DNA of 64,000 nucleotides from Bacilli bacterium (GTDB lineage: Bacteria > Bacillota_I > Bacilli_A > RFN20 > CAG-826), in contig JAKSVG010000001.1 of assembly GCA_024408105.1 (NCBI GenBank), forward strand, positions 50,854-114,853. Direction: 5' to 3'. The notes beneath the pieces are model-generated. The model was given only the letters and a program-made list of their open reading frames with translations. It made no database searches and had not been told where the DNA came from. This document shows positions 55,849 through 64,000 of the stretch, in pieces (the stretch's first letter is position 1; each line of letters opens with the position of its first letter). The position numbers were made by a program, and so were the translations under genes.

Positions 55849-56098
55849 CGTTTTTAGTTACATCTTTTAATGTGGCTTCTTCCATTTGCTTTTGGATATT
55901 TTCATCCTCGATTGGAACTAAAATACGATCAAGTTCTTGCTTTGCAAGTTCTTCTTCTGAAATATCGTCTTTTTTGATTTGAAGCGATGTAAAATGTTTC
56001 TTAACTAAAATAATGATTAAAATCAATAATCCAAAAAATGCTAAAACAGAGATTAAGATAACACCTGTTAATGCTGGTCCGTCCAATAATAATTTCAT
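55832..56098 (-). CDS. small single-pass membrane protein with an acidic C-terminal tail
   Basis: 88 aa with one N-terminal TM (GVILISVLAFFGLLILIIILV) followed by a Glu/Lys-rich region. It overlaps the hemW start by 17 nt. Confidence 0.5.
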   Translation of the reverse strand: MKLLLDGPALTGVILISVLAFFGLLILIIILVKKHFTSLQIKKDDISEEELAKQELDRILVPIEDENIQKQMEEATLKDVTKNDAKKD

Positions 56099-56118
56099 AA
56101 TTTTTTACCGCCCTTATT

Positions 56119-57495
56119 TTACTCTTTAGTGATTGGTGTGTAAACAAACTTATTTTTTACTTGCTCGCGTCTGTAATAGCCAGCACGCGCTAAATTATCC
56201 ATAGATGTGCGCGCTGTTTCATAAACACATTTTTCACATTGTTTAAATTGTTGAATTGTATAATATTTGCCCATTGTGCAATGCCTCACATAAAAGTGAG
56301 CATGGCTTGGTCTTAATGTAGGATCACTTTCCAACAAATCTTCTGCAGCTCTTTTAAGAGCTTTTTCATCTAACTCTTGGAAAACTTTTACATTTACTTT
56401 TGGTTGATTATTAGCTGGCTGAGCAGGTTTTTTGTTATCAACAACAGGTTTTGTTTCATTGTTTATAGATGGCTGAATATATACTTTTTCATCTTCAACT
56501 TCAGGTTCATCGCTATAAAAAGCTTTTTCAGTTGCGTCTCTAGAAACTGTAACAACTCTATCAAGAACCAAAGATAGAATGTCATCAGTCATTTTAGCTG
56601 ATTCAATAACATAATATGTTAAATCATTATTTTTTTGAGCTTCTTTAGAGCAATTCGATAATAATCCTCTAGTATCAATTAGCAGGATCTCCATAGGAAT
56701 TAATGCTGCCGCATGAATTTTATGATTTTTTTGAATTACTGATTTAATTAAAAGAGCAGTCATCTCTTCATTGTAATTCTCAAAGGGCATAATGTAATTC
56801 ATAGCAAAGCTAATGCCAGCAATTTTTGTCAGAATATCAACATTTGAATCATTCAAAAATACAATCAAATTCTCCATCATCGATTCAATAGCAGATGTTG
56901 GTGCGCCATTATATTCTCGATTTATTAGTACTTTTTGACTAGGAGCGCTTATTTCATTTTCTCTATAAAATGAAGTTAATTCGCCACCCTCGAGTATTTC
57001 TAAAAATTTAGCAATTAATGACTCATCAATAATTAAATTATTAGTTTGTTCTAGCATGGTAAGAGCGGAGTAATATCTCGAAATTGGCTCATATAATAAG
57101 TCACAGCTTCTACCAGCGATAATATTATCTAAAGCTATATCATTTACAATGATGTTTTTAACTTTGGCGATATGTCGTAAACTTTGACGCATCATATCTT
57201 TACGGAAAGTTTCTTTTTCAATAGAGCCGTCCTTTAATGAATCAAACTCAGAAAAGACTTGTTCTATTCTAGAATTTATTTTTTCGCATTTGTTCAATAC
57301 ATTGCTTGTCAATGTTACATAATAAGAGTATTTATTAATATCTTTCAAAGAAAGATAAGACATAAAAGTCTTACGATAATTAATAATTTGAACCCAAATT
57401 GAATCAATTAAATTTGTTCCTAATGATTTCGCAACATCACTTCTAGTTGCGTAAACTTCATCCGTGAAACGAATAGCAAGATTAGAATTAGCCAT
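56119..57495 (-). CDS. Fic-like protein with a degenerate active-site motif and a C-terminal winged-helix domain (tentative)
   Basis: IMPFENYNEEMTALLI aligns with the Fic core HPFx(D/E)GNGRxxRLL but lacks His, Gly-Asn-Gly and both Arg. The C-terminal VYETARTSMDNLARAGYYRREQVKNKFVYTP resembles the wHTH found at the C-terminus of Fic proteins. A Pro/Asn/Lys-rich linker separates the two regions. Confidence 0.4.
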   Translation of the reverse strand: MANSNLAIRFTDEVYATRSDVAKSLGTNLIDSIWVQIINYRKTFMSYLSLKDINKYSYYVTLTSNVLNKCEKINSRIEQVFSEFDSLKDGSIEKETFRKDMMRQSLRHIAKVKNIIVNDIALDNIIAGRSCDLLYEPISRYYSALTMLEQTNNLIIDESLIAKFLEILEGGELTSFYRENEISAPSQKVLINREYNGAPTSAIESMMENLIVFLNDSNVDILTKIAGISFAMNYIMPFENYNEEMTALLIKSVIQKNHKIHAAALIPMEILLIDTRGLLSNCSKEAQKNNDLTYYVIESAKMTDDILSLVLDRVVTVSRDATEKAFYSDEPEVEDEKVYIQPSINNETKPVVDNKKPAQPANNQPKVNVKVFQELDEKALKRAAEDLLESDPTLRPSHAHFYVRHCTMGKYYTIQQFKQCEKCVYETARTSMDNLARAGYYRREQVKNKFVYTPITKE

Positions 57496-57579
57496 AATTA
57501 TTTACCTCTCAACCATTTTACTATAAAGAATTATCTTATACAATAAGAAATATACTAAATTTAAACTAAAAAACAACTA

Positions 57580-59391
57580 TTAATCTTCGTCATCAATAGA
57601 AAGAACACTCATAAAAGCTTCTTGTGGAACTTCAACTGAGCCAATAGCTTTCATGCGCTTCTTTCCTTCTTTTTGCTTTTCAAGCAATTTGCGCTTTCTA
57701 GAAATGTCACCACCATAACATTTAGCAAGAACATCTTTTCTGACCGCTTTAATATCTGCTCTAGCTATGACTTTGCCATTTATGGCAGCTTGTACAGGAA
57801 CTTCAAATTGCTGACGTGGAATAATTTCTTTTAGTTTTCTAACAACTATGCTACCTCTTTCATAGGCTGTTGATCTATGAACGATAATCGATAAAGCGTC
57901 AATTACATCTCCATTTAGGAGAATATCCATTTTTGCTAATGTTCCGCTCTTATATCCACAGTATTCATAGTCGAATGATGCATATCCTTTTGTATAACTT
58001 TTTAATTTGTCAAAGAAATTGTAAACAATTTCAGATAATGGTAACTCATATGTAATCACCATTCTTGTATCATCAAAATATTGGAGATCTTTATAAATAC
58101 CTCTTCTGTTTTGACATAATTCCATAACAGGGCCAACATATTCCTTAGGAGTCATTATATCGGCTTTAACATATGGCTCTTGGATTTCCTTAATTAAAGT
58201 AACATCTGGCAATTTTGACGGATTATCAAGCTCAATCATATCACCTTTGGTGAGATAAACATGATAAATAACACTTGGCGCAGTCAATATTAAATCTAAA
58301 CCGTATTCTCTTTCGAGTCGTTCTTGAACTACATCCATGTGAAGCAAACCTAAAAAGCCACATCTAAATCCAAAACCTAAAGCTTGCGAGGTTTCAGCTT
58401 CGAATACTAAAGATGCATCATTCAAACAAAGCTTTTCTAAGGCATCTTTTAAATCTAAAAACTTCTTACTATCCACAGGATAGAGTCCGCAGTAAACCAT
58501 TGGATTCATTTTTCTATAGCCAGGCAATGCTTGGGAACATGGGTTATTAGCATTAGTCACTGTGTCACCTGGAAACACATCTTTGATGTCTTTTATTTGT
58601 GCTGCAATATATCCAACTTCGCCAGCAGACAATTGAATCTTTTTTAACTCCTTAGGAGTTCTTATGCCGACTTCGGTAACAAGATATTCTTTTCCTGATG
58701 ACATGAGTCTAATTGTATCGCCAACCTTCACAACACCATTCTTAATATTAACCAAAACAACAACTCCACGGTATGAATCATAGAAGGAATCAAAAATTAA
58801 GGCCTGCAAAGGCGCATTAGAGTCGCCTTTTGGCGCTGGTATATATTTGACTATTGCTTCAAGCACATCGCCCACTCCAACGCCTGTTTTTGCACTGACG
58901 TAACAAGCATTATCGCAAGGAATGCCAATTCTTTCTTCAATTTCTTTTACAGCATTTTCCGGCATTGCACTAGGCAAATCAATTTTATTAATAACAGGAA
59001 TAATTTCCAAATTGTTATCAACTGCTAAATAGACATTGGCTAATGTTTGGGCTTCGACTCCTTGAGTCGCATCAACAACTAGCAAACATCCTTCACAGGC
59101 AGCAAGCGACCTACTTACTTCGTAAGAAAAGTCAACATGCCCCGGGGTGTCGATTAAATTAAACACATAATCTTCACCGTTTTGAGCATGATATTTTAAG
59201 GTAACTGCATTTAGTTTAATTGTAATGCCACGTTCTCTCTCTAAATCCATCGAATCAAGAAATTGCTCTTTCATTTCTCTTTTAGAGATTGTTTCAGTTA
59301 ATTCTAAAATTCTATCAGCCAATGTTGATTTTCCATGGTCAATATGAGCAATGATTGAGAAGTTTCTTATATGTGCTTTATCAAAATCCAT
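57580..59391 (-). CDS. lepA: translation elongation factor 4 (LepA)
   Basis: Motifs [21 protein letters not shown] and NKIDL, plus the LepA-specific C-terminal domain. Confidence 0.97.
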   Translation of the reverse strand: MDFDKAHIRNFSIIAHIDHGKSTLADRILELTETISKREMKEQFLDSMDLERERGITIKLNAVTLKYHAQNGEDYVFNLIDTPGHVDFSYEVSRSLAACEGCLLVVDATQGVEAQTLANVYLAVDNNLEIIPVINKIDLPSAMPENAVKEIEERIGIPCDNACYVSAKTGVGVGDVLEAIVKYIPAPKGDSNAPLQALIFDSFYDSYRGVVVLVNIKNGVVKVGDTIRLMSSGKEYLVTEVGIRTPKELKKIQLSAGEVGYIAAQIKDIKDVFPGDTVTNANNPCSQALPGYRKMNPMVYCGLYPVDSKKFLDLKDALEKLCLNDASLVFEAETSQALGFGFRCGFLGLLHMDVVQERLEREYGLDLILTAPSVIYHVYLTKGDMIELDNPSKLPDVTLIKEIQEPYVKADIMTPKEYVGPVMELCQNRRGIYKDLQYFDDTRMVITYELPLSEIVYNFFDKLKSYTKGYASFDYEYCGYKSGTLAKMDILLNGDVIDALSIIVHRSTAYERGSIVVRKLKEIIPRQQFEVPVQAAINGKVIARADIKAVRKDVLAKCYGGDISRKRKLLEKQKEGKKRMKAIGSVEVPQEAFMSVLSIDDED

Positions 59392-59420
59392 ACTTTAGTA
59401 TTTTATTACAATCCTAATTT

Positions 59421-61748
59421 TTAGTCATTCCAAAATTTTTTAACTGTTCTATTAACATCTTCTGGGCATGTTACTACTATGTAGTCATTCCATTCGTTTT
59501 TAAACAAATCCCTATAGGTTGAATTCATATATCTTTCGTCAATTAGCAAAGCAACTCCTCGGTCAGATTCACTTCTAATTACTCTTCCGACTGCTTGCAT
59601 AACCTTATTCATCCCTGGATTAATGTAACTATAGTTGTAACCTTTATTATTTTCTTTATCAAAGAACTCGCGAATCTTTTCTTTCTCAAAGCATATTTGT
59701 GGTAATCCAACACCAACTACAACAACGCCAATAAGTCTATCACTCACAAGATCTATACCTTCTCCAAATGCTCCTCCGACTACAGCAAGACCAACAGTTG
59801 TAACTTTAGGCTTGTCGGTAAATAACGATAAAAAGTCGCGCTTATCAACTTCGCTCATATCTTTTTCTTGAACGATTAAATTTGCATCATCAAGATTTAA
59901 AACATTTTTCAAATTTTCAAGATATTCATAACTTGGAACATAAATAAAATAGTTTCCTATTTTGCCTTTAACAAACTCTTTGATGTATGATGCAACAACT
60001 TTATAAGTTGAATTTCTATCTTTATATTTTATTGAAACTTTTGGAGCAATCATTAAACACAAGTTTTCTTTTGGAAATGGCGACGGTAACATTAAAACAG
60101 GACTCTCACCGCTGCCACCAATCATATTGATATAGTAATCAATAGGAGAAAGGGTAGCAGAAAAAACTACTTTACTTCTCACTTTGTCCAATGATTTTCT
60201 TAAAAAATCGCTTGGGTTTAAGCACAACAAGCAAATCTTTGTATCGTTATCGCTTTTAGAGATGTAAAGGCAGAAGTTTTCGTTAAAATACTCAAGCAAA
60301 CGATTAAATCTAACTAAATCATGCGAAAATGAAACAAATTCATCTGTTATGAATTCATGATGATGTTTTGACACATCAATTGATGCTAAAAGATACGCTT
60401 CAATTGCATTCAGCGAGGTTTGGCTTAAAGATTCAATTATTGTTTCGCCATTTTCTAAATTGCTATATTCAGAAAATATCTTTGATATTCTTTTTATGGC
60501 ATTCTTAATCTTTTTATGTTCTAAGTGCTTTAATGAACGCTTTACTTTTTTAAATAGCGATTCACTAATAGATGAACTATACATTCCTCTGCCTCTTTCC
60601 ACAAGATTGTGCGCTTCATCAACTAAGACAGCCATTTTTGAGGCATCTTCATCAAAATAACGTTTCAAGTAAACCATCGGATCGAAGAAATAGTTATAAT
60701 CACAAATTATTATGTCAACATATAAAGACAAATCTAATGATAATTCAAATGGGCATATTCCTTTTTTGGATGCGATGCCTAAAATTACTTCACGTGAAAA
60801 TTCGTTATATGCTTTTATCGAATTAATTAATATCTTTCTGATTTTTGTGTAATAGCCTTTTGCATAAGGACATTCATCAGGATTGCAGGCTTTGCCTGGG
60901 CAATAACACATTTTGTCTTTTGCAGTTATTAGAATGTCACTTGCAATAAGACCATTTTTTCTCATAATTGAGACAGTTTGAAAAGCTGTTTCTTTGCCAG
61001 AGCCCTTCGCAGTTAAGTAGAAAATTTTATCATTGGTTTCATTAGCAAAACTTTTTGCATACGGATAAAGAGTTGAAATTGTCTTTCCAATGCCTGTTGG
61101 GGCTTCGCAGAATAATAAACCACCATCCTTGGCGATGCCATATGAGTATTTAGCTAATTTCTTTTGCCCTTTTCTAAAATTGTCGAATGGGAAAGTGAGT
61201 TTTTTTGCAGATTCATTTCTAATTATTGTTCGATTATAAATTAATTTATAAAAATCAAGGTATTCTATTAGAAGTTTATTTATATCGGTTTCTAATTTCG
61301 ATGTTTTGAATGTAAATTTCTTAATCATTCTTTCATCCGTTAATTGATGGATGTATGTAAGATTAATATTCACATGATCCAGTCCTTTTTCATGAGCGTA
61401 CATTAATGCATAGCATTTTGCTTGACCTAAATGCCATTCTTTCTGCTCATTAAAAAATGACTCTAGAGGGGAAATGGTTGATTTTATTTCATCAATCGTG
61501 ACCTCATTTTTATCTACGATAATTCCATCTGCTCTGCCTTCTAAAGATATTTTGAAGTCATCCACATCAAATGTTTCAAATAATTGGTATTCAGAAATAT
61601 AATTTTTGCCTTGTTTTGTTTGATAAAAGCTATGAATGCGTGTGCCTTCATTCATAGTAGTTTTATTAAAAACGCGATTATCGATATCGCCGGTTCTAAG
61701 CAAAAAATCAACTAACTGATGAACAGATAATTTCAAATTCTTATTCAT
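59421..61748 (-). CDS. PD-(D/E)XK nuclease domain fused to an XPD/DinG-type Fe-S superfamily 2 helicase
   Basis: N-terminal 160 aa: GTRIH..EGRADGII..IDEIKST..HLGQAKCYA (D..(D/E)xK..Q..Y nuclease core). Then Walker A APTGIGKT, the Cys cluster CYCPGKACNPDECPY, the DEAH box (VDEAHNL) and C-terminal helicase motifs (QAVGRVIRSESDRG). Confidence 0.8.
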   Translation of the reverse strand: MNKNLKLSVHQLVDFLLRTGDIDNRVFNKTTMNEGTRIHSFYQTKQGKNYISEYQLFETFDVDDFKISLEGRADGIIVDKNEVTIDEIKSTISPLESFFNEQKEWHLGQAKCYALMYAHEKGLDHVNINLTYIHQLTDERMIKKFTFKTSKLETDINKLLIEYLDFYKLIYNRTIIRNESAKKLTFPFDNFRKGQKKLAKYSYGIAKDGGLLFCEAPTGIGKTISTLYPYAKSFANETNDKIFYLTAKGSGKETAFQTVSIMRKNGLIASDILITAKDKMCYCPGKACNPDECPYAKGYYTKIRKILINSIKAYNEFSREVILGIASKKGICPFELSLDLSLYVDIIICDYNYFFDPMVYLKRYFDEDASKMAVLVDEAHNLVERGRGMYSSSISESLFKKVKRSLKHLEHKKIKNAIKRISKIFSEYSNLENGETIIESLSQTSLNAIEAYLLASIDVSKHHHEFITDEFVSFSHDLVRFNRLLEYFNENFCLYISKSDNDTKICLLCLNPSDFLRKSLDKVRSKVVFSATLSPIDYYINMIGGSGESPVLMLPSPFPKENLCLMIAPKVSIKYKDRNSTYKVVASYIKEFVKGKIGNYFIYVPSYEYLENLKNVLNLDDANLIVQEKDMSEVDKRDFLSLFTDKPKVTTVGLAVVGGAFGEGIDLVSDRLIGVVVVGVGLPQICFEKEKIREFFDKENNKGYNYSYINPGMNKVMQAVGRVIRSESDRGVALLIDERYMNSTYRDLFKNEWNDYIVVTCPEDVNRTVKKFWND

Positions 61749-61763
61749 AATTATATTTTATAC

Positions 61764-61790
61764 AAAAAAAGACTAATTTAATAGTCTTTT
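61764..61790 (-). terminator. intrinsic terminator after fmt
   Basis: The minus strand has AAGACTA-ttaaat-TAGTCTT followed by a T7 run. The stem overlaps the fmt stop codon. Confidence 0.75.
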
Positions 61791-62721
61791 ATTTAAGAAT
61801 GATTCCGCTTAGGGATTTGTTTCCGTTAGCAAAACTCTTTCCGTCCATTTTTTTCTTTCCTTCAAGTTGAACAATATCAAGTTCTATCAGACCATCGATT
61901 AGCTGAAGTTTAATTGTTTTGTTAATATCAATTTTCCCAACCTCTCCTATTTGGTCACTAACTTTATGAGCTTTGAAAATTTTAAGTTTCTTTCCATCTA
62001 TATATAGATATGCTCCAGGCTCATCACTTAATCCCCTTATGTAATTTATAAATTCACATGAAGGTTTTGTTAAATCAAGTTTTTCATCTTCAGGTAAAAT
62101 TTTATCAGCAAAGGTCACAAGCGACTCGTCTTGACTGGCTCCTTGAAGATTTCCATTTAAATAATTTAACAAATTATTAATAGTAACATCTATTGCGGCA
62201 TCAGCTAGCTTATCACACAATGAACTATAATTATCATCTTTATCTATAACTACTTCTTTGATGGCAAACATGCGACCAGCGTCCATCTTGTCGATCATTT
62301 CCATAAGAGTTATGCCGGTTTTTTCTTCGCCATTTATAATTGCACGCTGAATGGGAGCTGCGCCTCTATATGACGGAAGAATTGAACCGTGAAGATTCAA
62401 ACAACCATAGGTTGGTATATCAAGCACAGTTTGAGGAACAATCTGCCCATAAGCCATTGTTAAAATCAAGTCAGGTTTCAAGTCTTTTAAAAAATCAAAA
62501 TCTTTTCTAATTCTGTGTGGCTGAAATACAGGTATTCCATACTTAAGAGCAATAGCCTTGGTCGGAACTGGTTCTAGTATAGCTTTTCTTCCTACAGGTT
62601 TATCTTCTTGAGCAACAAGGCCAACAAAGTTGAATCCATAATTAATTAATGCCTCAAAAACCTTTGCGGCAATGCTTGGTGTCCCCATAAAAACTAATCT
62701 ATATTCTTTCATTGTTTTCAT
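61789..62721 (-). CDS. fmt: methionyl-tRNA formyltransferase
   Basis: Motifs RLVFMGTP and HGSILPSYRGAAPIQRAI. The start is ATG 62721 or 62712. The ORF-track start at 62760 lies inside the promoter -35 element. Confidence 0.92.
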   Translation of the reverse strand: MKTMKEYRLVFMGTPSIAAKVFEALINYGFNFVGLVAQEDKPVGRKAILEPVPTKAIALKYGIPVFQPHRIRKDFDFLKDLKPDLILTMAYGQIVPQTVLDIPTYGCLNLHGSILPSYRGAAPIQRAIINGEEKTGITLMEMIDKMDAGRMFAIKEVVIDKDDNYSSLCDKLADAAIDVTINNLLNYLNGNLQGASQDESLVTFADKILPEDEKLDLTKPSCEFINYIRGLSDEPGAYLYIDGKKLKIFKAHKVSDQIGEVGKIDINKTIKLQLIDGLIELDIVQLEGKKKMDGKSFANGNKSLSGIILK

Positions 62722-62731
62722 AACGATAGTT

Positions 62732-62760
62732 ATTATAAGAAAAACATTTAGTATTTTCAA
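62732..62760 (-). promoter_or_regulatory. sigma-A promoter of fmt
   Basis: The minus strand has TTGAAA, a 17-nt spacer and TATAAT. The -10 element ends 10 nt before ATG 62721, and there is no SD. Confidence 0.75.
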
Positions 62761-62802
62761 ATATTGAAAAAAGTTATAAGATTAAATTTCCGGAGGTTAT
62801 AT

Positions 62803-64000
62803 ATGTACTCTGAATACAAACAAGTTAAACAATTTTTCCAAAGTGCAGAAGATTTACTCAAAACATCCAAAACAATGGAAGATATTTTTTTAAGAGCAAC
62901 TTCTTTGCACAAAAAAGAAAAAGCCATTACATGGATTAATGAAAAAGGAAAAGTTTCATCTTTTAAATATAAACATTACAAAACATATTGTTTTGAATAT
63001 GCATCTAGAATTTCACAAAAATTAAAGGATTATCCTCTTGATTCTGTTGTTGCTCTAAAATTTCACAATTGCCCAGATTGGCCATTAGTGTTTTGGGGTA
63101 TTTTAATGAGTGGTTATATCCCATTCTTAATTGATGCAAAACTTCCAAAGGAAAATACAGAAGTTTTGCTAAAAGAATCACACGCTGTCGCCATAATAAC
63201 TCAGGAAATTGTTACATATTCTGTCACAAGTATAAACTTTAATTCTCTCAAAGATGTTAAAGTTAACTTTAAATTTGCAAATAAATGGGCAAATAATGTT
63301 ATTTTTTGTTCCTCTGGCACAACCGGAAATGTCAAATTAATGAAATATGATGGCAAAAACCTTTGCTATCAAATCGCAGCTGCAATTGATATGCCAGAAG
63401 AAACAAAGGATATTATGTATCCTGGTGAGATAAATATTCTCGCTATCATACCTTTCCATCACATTTTTGGCTTTGTTGCAGTCTTTCTATGGTACACATT
63501 CTTTGGTAAAAATATTGTTTTTACAAAAGATCTATCGCCAAAAGAGGTTGCAAATGTTTCTCAAAAATGTTCCGTTACTCACATATATAGTGTTCCACTA
63601 TTCTGGGATTCATTAGCTCAACAAGTTAATAGAAAAGCCGAGTTAGAAGGCGAAAAGAAAATGGATTTACTTGCAAAAATGATCGCTTTCCATACTCACA
63701 AAATTTCAAATGAAGAGGCTGGAATGGCTGCAAGCAATATTGCGCTAAATACAGTTCAATCACAACTCCTTGGTAAGAAAGTTAGATATTGTATTTCTGG
63801 TGGAGGTTATTTATCAGCTGACACATTAAATACCATTAATGGTATAGGATACAACTTATATAACGGCTTTGGCATGACTGAGGTTGGGGTTGTTTCTGTT
63901 GAATTATCGAGTTATGTTGAACAAAGACTTAAAGGTAGCATTGGAAAGCCGCTCCACGGAGTTACATATAAACTAGCAAACACAACAAAACTCGAACCTA
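62803..64000 (+). CDS. AMP-dependent synthetase/ligase (acyl-CoA synthetase-like), 3' end outside the window
   Basis: Absent from the ORF track because there is no stop codon in the window. GGAGG SD 6 nt before ATG 62803. The frame is open to nt 64000. AMP-binding motifs are SSGTTGNVK and GFGMTE. Confidence 0.8.
   Translation, partial: MYSEYKQVKQFFQSAEDLLKTSKTMEDIFLRATSLHKKEKAITWINEKGKVSSFKYKHYKTYCFEYASRISQKLKDYPLDSVVALKFHNCPDWPLVFWGILMSGYIPFLIDAKLPKENTEVLLKESHAVAIITQEIVTYSVTSINFNSLKDVKVNFKFANKWANNVIFCSSGTTGNVKLMKYDGKNLCYQIAAAIDMPEETKDIMYPGEINILAIIPFHHIFGFVAVFLWYTFFGKNIVFTKDLSPKEVANVSQKCSVTHIYSVPLFWDSLAQQVNRKAELEGEKKMDLLAKMIAFHTHKISNEEAGMAASNIALNTVQSQLLGKKVRYCISGGGYLSADTLNTINGIGYNLYNGFGMTEVGVVSVELSSYVEQRLKGSIGKPLHGVTYKLANTTKLEP

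Noticed and set aside
1-64000. Mycoplasma-type genetic code (TGA = Trp), and a search for CRISPR arrays, tRNA/rRNA genes, transposases or a defence island.
   Set aside because: Full-length conserved proteins terminate at TGA (for example nusB, dinB and hrcA), and Trp positions use TGG, so the standard code applies. I found no repeat-spacer arrays, cloverleaf-like GC-rich segments, IS inverted repeats or clustered defence-type domains in any intergenic or coding region.

Overview
This is a 64-kb low-GC chromosomal segment from a Firmicutes/Mollicutes-related bacterium. It uses the standard genetic code: TGA acts as a stop, Trp is encoded by TGG, and a lipoprotein lipobox is present. All assignments rest on motif recognition by eye, with no database search. 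The window is almost entirely core housekeeping. I call 60 CDS, three of which are missing from the ORF track: rpmG, rpsU and a 3'-truncated AMP-ligase. They cover stringent response (rel), aminoacyl-tRNA synthetases (hisS, aspS, glyQS) and tkt. They also cover nusB-xseAB-dxs, dinB, xerD, deoB and the yqeG-yqeH-nadD/yqeK-rsfS cluster. The remaining core blocks are parE-parC, plsY, efp, ispG, ispH, nfo and sigA-dnaG. Era-recO, rsmE-mtaB, hrcA-grpE-dnaK-dnaJ, hemW, lepA and fmt complete the set. I saw no rRNA, tRNA, CRISPR array, transposase or recognisable defence island. The main structural feature is a flip in gene polarity at 18.56-18.83 kb. All 16 genes to the left are on the + strand, and 40 of 44 to the right are on the - strand. 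A 28-bp dif (XerC/D) site sits in that convergent gap, so the window appears to span the replication terminus. A 19/20-nt copy of the XerD half of dif lies in the loop of the dxs terminator, 5.3 kb away. The other candidates for novelty are listed here.
- A catalytically intact C39 peptidase fused to an ABC-exporter-type 6-TM domain, with no ATPase, inserted between rpsU and ybeY.
- A Fic-like protein with a degenerate active-site motif plus a small membrane protein, inserted between lepA and hemW.
- A PD-(D/E)XK nuclease fused to an XPD/DinG-type Fe-S helicase.
- Two in-frame fusions of normally adjacent genes: nadD-yqeK, and ybeY-cdd with a retained internal SD.
- An uncharacterised 261-aa protein translationally coupled inside the rsmE-mtaB operon.
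- TTAGTA(G) direct repeats phased at 10-11 bp at four loci.
- A recurrent TATAAT-N6-ATG (apparently leaderless) architecture on ispG, ispH and yqeG.
None of these can be shown to be a new system from sequence alone, and the decisive tests are stated with each finding.
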